A stretch of DNA of 64,000 nt from Anaerolineae bacterium. GTDB taxonomy: Bacteria; Chloroflexota; Anaerolineae; DUEN01. Made by a program: the position numbers and the translations under genes. The notes below the pieces were generated by a model, which saw only the letters and a program-made list of their open reading frames with translations, was not told the origin of the DNA and ran no database searches. Location of the stretch: NCBI GenBank assembly GCA_034432955.1, contig DAOUBB010000153.1, forward strand, positions 4,321 through 68,320, read 5' to 3'. Every line of letters begins with the position of its first letter. Position 1 is the stretch's first letter. Positions 41,335 to 49,088 of this stretch are shown piece after piece.

Positions 41335-41450
41335 CTCCGTATCGCTGTGCTGGCCGTGATCGTATACAGATGGCGGCGCGAGCTTCAGCTCGCAATCGCC
41401 CGCGAGCCACAGGTGCGGGTTGAAGTCCACACTACCATCTCGCTCTGCTC

Positions 41451-42797
41451 TCATTTCCATGACCAGAAGGCCAATACGCCATTGGCCAGGTAACGCATTT
41501 CCAGGGCCCCGGAGGCCGGCACAACCCAGATTCCCGGCTCGCCATCGGAGGCGTACGCGGGTAAGATCAGGTTCCGGCTATCCGGTGACCAGATCGTCGC
41601 CGACCGTTGATACTGGTCGAAGTAGGGCAAGATGCCGAGGAACTGGCTGGTGGGCTGGAAAGTGGCGATCCGCCGGTCTCGGCCGCGTTGCACGTCAAAC
41701 ACGTGCAAGGTCAGCAACACCGTGACCTGTTGTGGCTGTTCAGGCTGTGCGGATTTCTCGGCCTGATCGGGCTCCGGCGTGGGTGAGAGCACCGACGGCA
41801 CGAAATAGGCGATCTTCCGACTATCGGGAGACCAGAAGAAGGCCGCGACCTGCTCTTCGGTGGTCTTTTTGACCGCCGTCGGCCTCTCCACGTCCATCAC
41901 CGTTAATGGGCCCACCACTCCTGGCTGCTGGTCCTGGCCCGCGATGTAGGCGACCTTTTGGCCATCGGGCGACCAACCGAAGGCGATCGCGCCATCAAAT
42001 GTGGTTAGCTCTTTCTCCACCGTCCCCTGACGATCGGCCAGCAAGAGCGCGTCCTGGCCCTCTTTGGTTTTGGCGGCCAGCAACAGCCATCGCCCATCTG
42101 GCGACCACGCCGGTGCCTGAAAGTGAGCCGGCCGCACATCTAATCCTTCTTCGATGACCTCGCCGTTCAAGGTCAGAAACGCCAGCCGCTCCGCAGACTG
42201 TGTCGGGGCGTCCCCTCCGGCATGGATGAGCATCCGTCGGCTGTCAGGGGACCAGGCCCAGTAGTACGGCTGGCCGGCATCCACCACCTGCGCCTCACCG
42301 CCGCTGATGGGCACCGTTTGCAGGATCGTATTACCCGTCGCGACGACGGTCGCCAGGAAGCTCAGGCGCTCGCCGTCCGGCGACCAATACAGGTAAAATG
42401 GCACCTGCTCGCGGCTGGTAAACACCTCTTGACGATCAGTCCCGTCCGGTCTGGCCGTGTACACACTCGCCGCTCCAGGAGAATCCAGCGTGCCCCGAAC
42501 CCCGATGAAGGCGATTCGTTGGCTATTCGGCGACCAGACCGGAAACTGATAAAGTCGGAACTCGCCCGCGGCGCTCCCCGGTATCCGGGCATCATCCGTG
42601 ATCGTTTTCTGGTTGCTGCCTCCCTGATCCACGGTGTAAATGTTGCCGTCCACTCCCACGTATACGATCAGCCCGGCCTTGCGTTCCAAGGCCCTGAGCA
42701 ACGGGCTCTGCGGGACGCGCACGCCCTCCGGCAGGCAGGCCGTCACGGCCAGAGACAGCAACAAGCCCCAGACAAGCCCCCATCTTCCCTTCTTCAT
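41451..42797 (-). CDS. TolB-like (PD40 beta-propeller) lipoprotein
   Basis: Lipobox LAVTAC; repeated WSPD/WSPN motifs. Confidence 0.88.
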   Translation of the reverse strand: MKKGRWGLVWGLLLSLAVTACLPEGVRVPQSPLLRALERKAGLIVYVGVDGNIYTVDQGGSNQKTITDDARIPGSAAGEFRLYQFPVWSPNSQRIAFIGVRGTLDSPGAASVYTARPDGTDRQEVFTSREQVPFYLYWSPDGERLSFLATVVATGNTILQTVPISGGEAQVVDAGQPYYWAWSPDSRRMLIHAGGDAPTQSAERLAFLTLNGEVIEEGLDVRPAHFQAPAWSPDGRWLLLAAKTKEGQDALLLADRQGTVEKELTTFDGAIAFGWSPDGQKVAYIAGQDQQPGVVGPLTVMDVERPTAVKKTTEEQVAAFFWSPDSRKIAYFVPSVLSPTPEPDQAEKSAQPEQPQQVTVLLTLHVFDVQRGRDRRIATFQPTSQFLGILPYFDQYQRSATIWSPDSRNLILPAYASDGEPGIWVVPASGALEMRYLANGVLAFWSWK

Positions 42798-42817
42798 ACC
42801 TGCTTCCCCCATCGTGC

Positions 42818-44089
42818 CTATCCTCGTGCAGACGCCCCGGCGCTCGCATCTTGTAATGCCCTGACGGCCGCGTCACGCACCGGATCGTTTTCGAGGGTCA
42901 CCGCATCCCAATCGGCGTTGACCTTCACATCCGGGATCACGCCGGTCAGTCCGATCTCACGGCCGGTGGGCGTGCGGTAAGACGAAGTGGCGATGAAGGC
43001 CCGCGAGCCGTCGGGCAATGCGAACTCAGTGATGCCTTCGACCTCTCCTGGGGTGGGCAATCCCACGAGGACAGCGCGGCCAGCCGCCTGCAAGGCCGCG
43101 GCGAAGATCTCCGGTGCGCCCTGCGTGTCCGGGCCGATCAGGATCGCCAGCGGCACTCGCTGCGAGTTGAGTACGTCCTGTCCCTCCACGGTGATGGCCT
43201 GGGTTGACGTGCGCGTGTAGATCTCGCCCAGGTTCCCGTTGGCGAAGAGCGTAAGCAGTGGGGTCAGCGGCCAGCCCCCGCCGATGGTGGCGATCCGCAA
43301 ATCCAGGATCAACCCGTTCAATTCGCGCCCATCTGACAGCAACCGCAAACTGTTGAGCATATCATTGCCAAGCTCGTCATACGGCGCAGGGGGAAAGAGC
43401 AGATAACCGATGCCGGTCCTGGGGATCATCCCCCCTTTAAGCACATCGGTAGCGATGACCCGCCCCCGCGTGACCTCTACATCTCTGGGAGGCCGGCCTG
43501 GGGATCGCACGCGCAGCGTGGTTCGACTCCCGGCCGGCCCGCGAATGCGCCGAACGACGCTCTCACCCTCGTCCGCCCGCACCGGGATCCCGTCAATGGC
43601 GAGGATGCTGTCATGGGCCTGTAAGCCGGCCTCCGCCGCCGGTGATCTCGGCATGACCGAGAGCAGTACGACGCGCGGTTCCGGAGCTGCGCGAAATGAG
43701 ATGTACGCCCCGATGCCCTCGTACGTCCGGGTGTCCTCGAGGGCCTGCTGAATGCGCTCGGCTCGTGTCTGCCAGACCACTGCACCGGACGGCAACCTGG
43801 CGACCATTGAGCGTAGAACTTCGCTGAATTCGTCGGTCGTCAATCCCGCTTCGACCCTGATCAGGTATTCGTTGTGGATAGCTTGCCAGTCTACCCCGTG
43901 GAAGTCGGGGTAAACGTAATTCTCATGCACAGCCGACCACAGCGCCTCGAAGGTTCGCACCTGCAGAGATGGGGTGGGCGTTGCCACAGGAAGCGCGGTT
44001 GGACTGGGTTCGGCTCGCTCACCCCCGGCACAGGCGCTGGTCAGGAGCGTCAGAACCAACCCCATGAACAACAGCCGTACTTTCACCAT
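42818..44089 (-). CDS. S41 (CtpA-like, PDZ) lipoprotein, probably catalytically inactive
   Basis: Lipobox LTSAC, PDZ (GIG...SPAAEAGL), LILDLR; catalytic motif region reads DTQGAPEIF and TPGEV. Confidence 0.88.
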   Translation of the reverse strand: MVKVRLLFMGLVLTLLTSACAGGERAEPSPTALPVATPTPSLQVRTFEALWSAVHENYVYPDFHGVDWQAIHNEYLIRVEAGLTTDEFSEVLRSMVARLPSGAVVWQTRAERIQQALEDTRTYEGIGAYISFRAAPEPRVVLLSVMPRSPAAEAGLQAHDSILAIDGIPVRADEGESVVRRIRGPAGSRTTLRVRSPGRPPRDVEVTRGRVIATDVLKGGMIPRTGIGYLLFPPAPYDELGNDMLNSLRLLSDGRELNGLILDLRIATIGGGWPLTPLLTLFANGNLGEIYTRTSTQAITVEGQDVLNSQRVPLAILIGPDTQGAPEIFAAALQAAGRAVLVGLPTPGEVEGITEFALPDGSRAFIATSSYRTPTGREIGLTGVIPDVKVNADWDAVTLENDPVRDAAVRALQDASAGASARG

Positions 44090-44137
44090 ATCCTCCCCTA
44101 CTCAGGCATTACCGGACCCTTCTTGCAATTTGTTATC

Positions 44138-44167
44138 AGTATACGACCAACGTCCAGCGAGCGTCAA
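44138..44167 (-). promoter_or_regulatory. Sigma70-type promoter for S41/TolB-like genes
   Basis: TTGACG-N18-TATACT on the minus strand. Confidence 0.65.
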
Positions 44168-44185
44168 TCCCATTTTATGCTCCAA

Positions 44186-44217
44186 CAAAAGAGGCCGACG
44201 AAATCCTCGTCGGCCCC
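44186..44217 (-). terminator. Intrinsic terminator
   Basis: GGCCGACGA-GGATT-TCGTCGGCC followed by TCTTTTG. Confidence 0.7.
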
Positions 44218-44255
44218 AGTCGCAACCGGCTGATCCCGGCTTCTCGTCAGCCTTG

Positions 44256-45122
44256 TCAATAACCTTGGTTGATCAGCGTGATCTCATGTTGGGTGCAAAG
44301 CGCTTCCACGTCTCCTTCGATGCCTAAGGTGATCATGACCCCTTCCACCTTCTTGCCGGGGTTCAGGGCGCGAAGGAGCCTCACTTTGTCAACCAGATTC
44401 CCCACGTCTTCTTCTTCGCATAAGCTCTTCACTTCAAATACGGTGATCTGGTCATCCTCGGCGATGATATCAATCTCAAAGCGCCGCCACCCAGGTGGTC
44501 CAACTAGCCCCTGTTCATCTACGAGCTTTTGGCGCAGCCGAATCTGATCGGGTTGAATGTCTGGCCGCTTCAGCGCATAGCGAAGTGCGCCAGCGACAGC
44601 GTCTTCCAGCTTGCGGCCGGCCCGCGTCTGGAAACGGCCGACCATCACCGACAGCCAGTCTATCTTGTCGTCCATTTGATCGAAGCGCGCATCCACCTGT
44701 TCGAAGAGGCGGTCAATCTGCTCGAAGCGCGCATCCACCTGTTCGAGGCGGCGATCTATCTGCTCGAAGCGCGCATCCACCTGTTCGAGGCGGCGGTCAA
44801 TCTGCTCGAAGCACGTATCCACCTGTTCGAAGTGGCGGTCAATCTGTTCCAGGTGCACATCCACCTGCTCGAGGTGGTGGTCAATTTGTTCGAAGCGATT
44901 CTCTACGTCCGACCGGAAGTGTTGAAACTCGCTTCGAAACTCGCGCAGCTCGGCGAGAATGGCAGCCGTTTGCTCCTTGGTGGTGAACACCTTGAGGAAG
45001 GCGCGAAAGGCTCGCGGCTCCAATTCCGGATTGCGCTCTAACATCTCCGGGAGCTGCACTTCCAGGATGTAGAGGACTTCTTCGTCTTTCAGCTTAAGCA
45101 TCGGGCGGTCCTGCTCGCTCAC
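44256..45122 (-). CDS. Coiled-coil repeat protein with C-terminal PD-(D/E)XK nuclease-like domain (DUF3782/DUF1626-like)
   Basis: Heptad repeats, then FEIDII...FEVKS. GGAGG RBS fits GTG 45122. Confidence 0.85.
   Translation of the reverse strand: MSEQDRPMLKLKDEEVLYILEVQLPEMLERNPELEPRAFRAFLKVFTTKEQTAAILAELREFRSEFQHFRSDVENRFEQIDHHLEQVDVHLEQIDRHFEQVDTCFEQIDRRLEQVDARFEQIDRRLEQVDARFEQIDRLFEQVDARFDQMDDKIDWLSVMVGRFQTRAGRKLEDAVAGALRYALKRPDIQPDQIRLRQKLVDEQGLVGPPGWRRFEIDIIAEDDQITVFEVKSLCEEEDVGNLVDKVRLLRALNPGKKVEGVMITLGIEGDVEALCTQHEITLINQGY
44680..44897 (-). repeat. Coding tandem repeat, about 5 x 42 bp (alternating 21-bp units)
   Basis: Encodes EQIDRRLEQVDARF variants. Confidence 0.95.
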
Positions 45123-45201
45123 CATCACCTCCGGTTACGCTTCAATTGTATCACAGAACGCTGGCAGAGGCAACGGGCGAGGATCACCTCTCAGGCTGCG
45201 A

Positions 45202-45229
45202 AGGCGGACTTCGCAACTTGCAGCCGCGA
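45202..45229 (+). repeat. Dispersed repeat copy (partner at 18688-18715)
   Basis: 25/28 identity to the minus-strand copy; followed by GCGAC-CTCCA-GTCGC hairpin. Confidence 0.65.
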
Positions 45230-45256
45230 CCTCCAGTCGCCAAGCTCCTCTTTGCG

Positions 45257-45285
45257 TGGACAACCTCAAAGGCTTATGCTATACT
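45257..45285 (+). promoter_or_regulatory. Sigma70-type promoter
   Basis: TGGACA-N17-TATACT with TG extension. Confidence 0.6.
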
Positions 45286-45379
45286 CGAACCGAGGTGAGA
45301 GTGAAACTTCATGGACGAGGCTATGTCCCATGAGACGCGAGGGTGAAGAAAGCCAGAACCTACGGGCGGTGAGCCGAAC

Positions 45380-46453
45380 ATGCAGATCTTGGTGACCGGA
45401 GCAGCCGGCTTCATCGGCTGGAAGGTGTGCGAGTTTCTGCTGGCCGAAGGCCACGCCGTCGTCGGCGTAGACAATCTCAATGATGCCTATGACGTTCGCC
45501 TGAAGCAGTGGCGGCTGGCACAACTGGAAGGCAAGCCGGGATTTGTGTTCCACAAGCTGGATATCTGCGATCGGGAGGCGCTTCGCAGCCTCTTCGACGA
45601 ACGACCGAAGATGAACGACGGACAAAGCTCGTCGGTCTTTCGTCGTTCATCCTTCGTCGGCTTTGACGCTGTAGTCAACCTGGCCGCCCGCGCCGGCGTT
45701 CGTCCATCAGTGGAGAACCCCTGGGTCTACTTTGATACCAACGTCACCGGCACGCTAAACCTGCTGGAGCTGTGCAAGGAGTATGGGATCGAGAAGTTCA
45801 TCCTGGCCTCCACCTCCAGCCTCTACGGAACCGTTCCACGTTCCAACGTTCAACCTTCAACGTGCCAACCGTTTCGCGAAGATGCCAGCACGGACACCCC
45901 CCTTTCCCCCTACGCGGCGTCCAAGAAGGCGGCGGAGGCGCTGTGCCACACGTATCATTATCTGTACGGCATGGACGTGGCCGTGCTACGTTACTTCACC
46001 GTCTACGGCCCGGCAGGACGGCCCGACATGAGCCTATTTCGCTTCGTGCAGTGGATCAGCGAGGGACAGCCGGTGATCGTGTACGGCGACGGGCGGCAGT
46101 CCCGGGATTTCACCTACGTGGACGACATCGCTCGCGGCACCATCGCCGCTCTTTCCTTCCTTACAATCCGCCATCCGCAATTCGAAATCATTAATTTGGG
46201 TTCGGATCAGCCGGTAGCGCTGATAGATGCCATCCGGTTGGTGGAGGAGCTGGTGGGGAAAAAGGCGCACATTGAGTACAAACCCCGTCACCCGGCGGAC
46301 GTGCTGGCCACGTGGGCCGACATCGGTAAGGCAGAGCGGTTGCTGGGCTGGCGGCCTCAGACGGCGTTTGAGGAGGGGGTTCGGCGGCTGGTGGGATGGT
46401 ACCAGAGCCATCGGGAGTGGGCGAAGGATATCTCGACAGGCGATCTGCGTTGA
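45380..46453 (+). CDS. NAD-dependent epimerase/dehydratase (UDP-glucuronate 4-epimerase-like) with repeat-derived insertions
   Basis: TGAAGFIG, LAARAGVR, ASTSSLYG, YAASK, RYFTVYGPAGRPDM, RDFTYVDD. Confidence 0.95.
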   Translation: MQILVTGAAGFIGWKVCEFLLAEGHAVVGVDNLNDAYDVRLKQWRLAQLEGKPGFVFHKLDICDREALRSLFDERPKMNDGQSSSVFRRSSFVGFDAVVNLAARAGVRPSVENPWVYFDTNVTGTLNLLELCKEYGIEKFILASTSSLYGTVPRSNVQPSTCQPFREDASTDTPLSPYAASKKAAEALCHTYHYLYGMDVAVLRYFTVYGPAGRPDMSLFRFVQWISEGQPVIVYGDGRQSRDFTYVDDIARGTIAALSFLTIRHPQFEIINLGSDQPVALIDAIRLVEELVGKKAHIEYKPRHPADVLATWADIGKAERLLGWRPQTAFEEGVRRLVGWYQSHREWAKDISTGDLR

Positions 46454-46484
46454 CAACGATCCTGATGGTCAGGGAGGAGAGGAG

Positions 46485-47663
46485 TTGAACTTTGATGTTG
46501 TCGTTGTCGGAGCATCCTCATCTGGTCTGTACGCTGCGGAGTTGCTGGCCAGAGCTGGAAAGCGGGTTGCGGTGTTTGAGCGCCAGCCTGAGATTGACCC
46601 ATCCAGGCGCACGTATATTATCACTGCGCATCTCAAGCGATTTGTCCCCGAGGAGGATGTTGCGGTCCTCCACCGAATCCAAGTGATGTCCATCGCTTCG
46701 CCCAATGCCGGCGTAGATATCCCTCTGAGCCCTCCCGATCTGATCCTCGATCGAAGCCTGCTGACCAAGGGGCTGCTCGCCCGCGCTCAGGCGCAGGGGG
46801 TTGGGATATTCACAAACCACCGCTTTCTGCGCTTTGAGGAGGCGGACGGCCGGGCCCGGCTCGTGTTCGAATGCCAGGGGAGCCAGGTGAAAGTGAGAGC
46901 CGGCACCGTGATCGGCGCCGATGGGCTGCACAGCCAGGTCGCCAGGGCCGCCGGGATTCCGCATCCGCCTTCTGTGCCCATCATTCAGGCCGAGATCGAG
47001 CTGCCGCCCCAGTGGGACCCAGGTGTCACCAAGGTCTGGTTCGATGTAAATGAGACGCGCTTTTTCTATTGGTTGATTCCTGAGTCGCCGGAAAGAGGGG
47101 TGTTAGGGCTGGTGGGGGAATTCGCCAGCGAGCCTCGGCGATTGCTGGATCGTTTTCTCGACAGGATGGGTGTCCGGGCGTTGCATTACCAGGGTGCCCA
47201 GGTTGCCATGCATCACCCCAGCCTGCGCCCATGGGGAAGGGTGGGCTCCGTGCCGGTCTACCTGGTCGGCGATGCGGCCGGCCAGGTGAAAGTGACCACC
47301 GTGGGGGGCACGGTCACGGGCCTGTGGGGGGCTTATGCGGCCGCCAACGCCATCATCAAGGGGACGAGTTACGCTCGCGAGGTCCGTCCCCTCAAGCGCG
47401 AATTGGATATCCACTGGTGTATCCGCTGGTTGCTCGAAAGGCTGGACAACTCAGGGTATGACCGTTTAATCCGGTGCACAACACCCGCCGTCCAGTGTTT
47501 CCTGAGCCGGCGTACTCGTGATCAGATGGCCAACAGTTTCTGGCAGTTGCCGTTCCGAGAGCCGCGGTTGATGCTGCTCGGGTTACGGCTATTGCTTGGC
47601 GTACCCGCGTCTCGTCCGTTGCGATCTGCCGGGTCGCGATCGGTGGGAGCCCCACCGAGATGA
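46485..47663 (+). CDS. FAD-dependent oxidoreductase, geranylgeranyl-reductase-like
   Basis: VVVVGASSSG, IGADG, LVGDAAGQVK..T.GG; TTG start with GAGGAG RBS. Confidence 0.85.
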   Translation: MNFDVVVVGASSSGLYAAELLARAGKRVAVFERQPEIDPSRRTYIITAHLKRFVPEEDVAVLHRIQVMSIASPNAGVDIPLSPPDLILDRSLLTKGLLARAQAQGVGIFTNHRFLRFEEADGRARLVFECQGSQVKVRAGTVIGADGLHSQVARAAGIPHPPSVPIIQAEIELPPQWDPGVTKVWFDVNETRFFYWLIPESPERGVLGLVGEFASEPRRLLDRFLDRMGVRALHYQGAQVAMHHPSLRPWGRVGSVPVYLVGDAAGQVKVTTVGGTVTGLWGAYAAANAIIKGTSYAREVRPLKRELDIHWCIRWLLERLDNSGYDRLIRCTTPAVQCFLSRRTRDQMANSFWQLPFREPRLMLLGLRLLLGVPASRPLRSAGSRSVGAPPR

Positions 47664-48886
47664 GATATCAGCTAGCTCCTGTCATGAAGGTGAGCATGAG
47701 TTCCACTACGAACCAGCCGCAGCCCTTGAAGAACACCCCAGCGGGGGCTGTGGCGTTTTTACAGGCCCTGACGGCCGCTGAAACCCGCCCACTGGAAGCC
47801 TGGTTCGACAGGAACGATCTGGGCGAAGAGGTGGTGCGCTGGCTGGAGGCGCAGCGGCTGGCGCCCTACACGTTTTACCGGCTGCGCGAGGCCGGCCTGA
47901 TGACGCGTCTGCCCCAGGCTGTGCAGGCCGCTCTGCGGTCGTCCTTCTACGCTGCTGCCGCTCAAAACGCGGTCCTGACCGTCGAACTGGGCGCTCTGCT
48001 GACTGATCTGCGTCGTCGGGGCGTGGACCCCATCGTCCTCAAAGGAATGGCCCTGGGTGTCACGTTGTATCCTGTCCCCAATGCCCGGCCGACGGCCGAC
48101 CTCGATCTGTTGGTTGAGCGGGTGCAGATGGACGCGGTCAGGCAGGTGCTGACAGAGCGTGACTATCGTGACATGGGGCTGGATCCTGAGCATCATCAGG
48201 CGTTCTGTAACCATCTACACGCCTGGCGGAAGATGGCGAATGGCTCGCATGTGAGCGTGGAGGCTCACTGGCATCTGGTTCATGATCCTGGCTACGCCCG
48301 TCCCATGGATTTGCGCGACCTGCGCGCGCGAGCCCGGCGGGTGGATTTTGGCCCTTTCTCCGCGCTGGTGCTCGACCCCGCCGATCAGTTGATCCATGCA
48401 TGCGCTCATTTGCTGCTCCATCATGGCCATAGCTGGAGCCTGCTGTGGTTGCTTGACCTCCGCTTGCTGGTGGAGCGCTACGGCGCGAGGTGGGACTGGG
48501 GCGAGCTCATCGGCCGCGCGGGGGAGCTTCGGCTGGCTGGCGCCCTGCGGTACTGGCTGGAGCTGACCGAGGCGTGGATGGGTGCCTGTTTGCCGGCGCA
48601 GGCGAGAGAGGCGTTGGCGAGAGCGCGGACGGACGACGATGAGGATTGGCGTATCCACATTGCCCGCGCCCGACGCGTGCGTGTGGGGGAATTACTCTGG
48701 CTGCGCGCTCGGGGGGCGGGAGGCTGGCCCGGGCGGCTGACATACCTTACCGAGGCCCTCTTCCCACCCTGGGCCTATATGCAGTATCGGTACCGGGCAC
48801 GCACGCGCTGGCTGGCCCCGCTCTACTACGGCTGGCGGATAGCCCGGGCCGTAGTAGCTGTCTTTCGGCGGGTCGGCTCGGCGTGA
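47660..48886 (+). CDS. Nucleotidyltransferase family protein (NTP_transf_5-like)
   Basis: LKGMAL, RPTADLDLLV, VEAHW, LLDL motifs. Confidence 0.88.
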   Translation: MRYQLAPVMKVSMSSTTNQPQPLKNTPAGAVAFLQALTAAETRPLEAWFDRNDLGEEVVRWLEAQRLAPYTFYRLREAGLMTRLPQAVQAALRSSFYAAAAQNAVLTVELGALLTDLRRRGVDPIVLKGMALGVTLYPVPNARPTADLDLLVERVQMDAVRQVLTERDYRDMGLDPEHHQAFCNHLHAWRKMANGSHVSVEAHWHLVHDPGYARPMDLRDLRARARRVDFGPFSALVLDPADQLIHACAHLLLHHGHSWSLLWLLDLRLLVERYGARWDWGELIGRAGELRLAGALRYWLELTEAWMGACLPAQAREALARARTDDDEDWRIHIARARRVRVGELLWLRARGAGGWPGRLTYLTEALFPPWAYMQYRYRARTRWLAPLYYGWRIARAVVAVFRRVGSA

Positions 48887-48911
48887 AGGACTATGGCCTC
48901 AACATGTCGTG

Positions 48912-48989
48912 TGGCGCCCCTGGAGGGACTCGAACCCCCGACGACAGGGCTTAGGACGCCCTCGCTCTATCCGTCTGAGCTACAGGGGC
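48912..48989 (-). tRNA. tRNA-Arg(CCT), CCA encoded
   Basis: GCCCCTG acceptor stem, D arm GCTC/GAGC, anticodon arm AGGGC-GTCCTAA-GCCCT, T loop TTCGAGT, 78 nt. Confidence 0.93.
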
Positions 48990-49088
48990 ACAGCGACTTG
49001 TGGCTCAGAACTCACACGACCCAAGTGTACCACAACCGGGCAGTTTGGGCAAAGTGTGTCAGATCTTAGCTCCAACCGGTATCCGGTC

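Noticed and set aside
44680-44897. Possible CRISPR array
   Set aside because: Units are contiguous with no unique spacers, are in frame in a CDS, and there are no cas genes.
44100-48989. Genomic island integrated at the tRNA-Arg 3' end
   Set aside because: No duplicated tRNA 3' end (att site) or integrase was found to the left of the tRNA.
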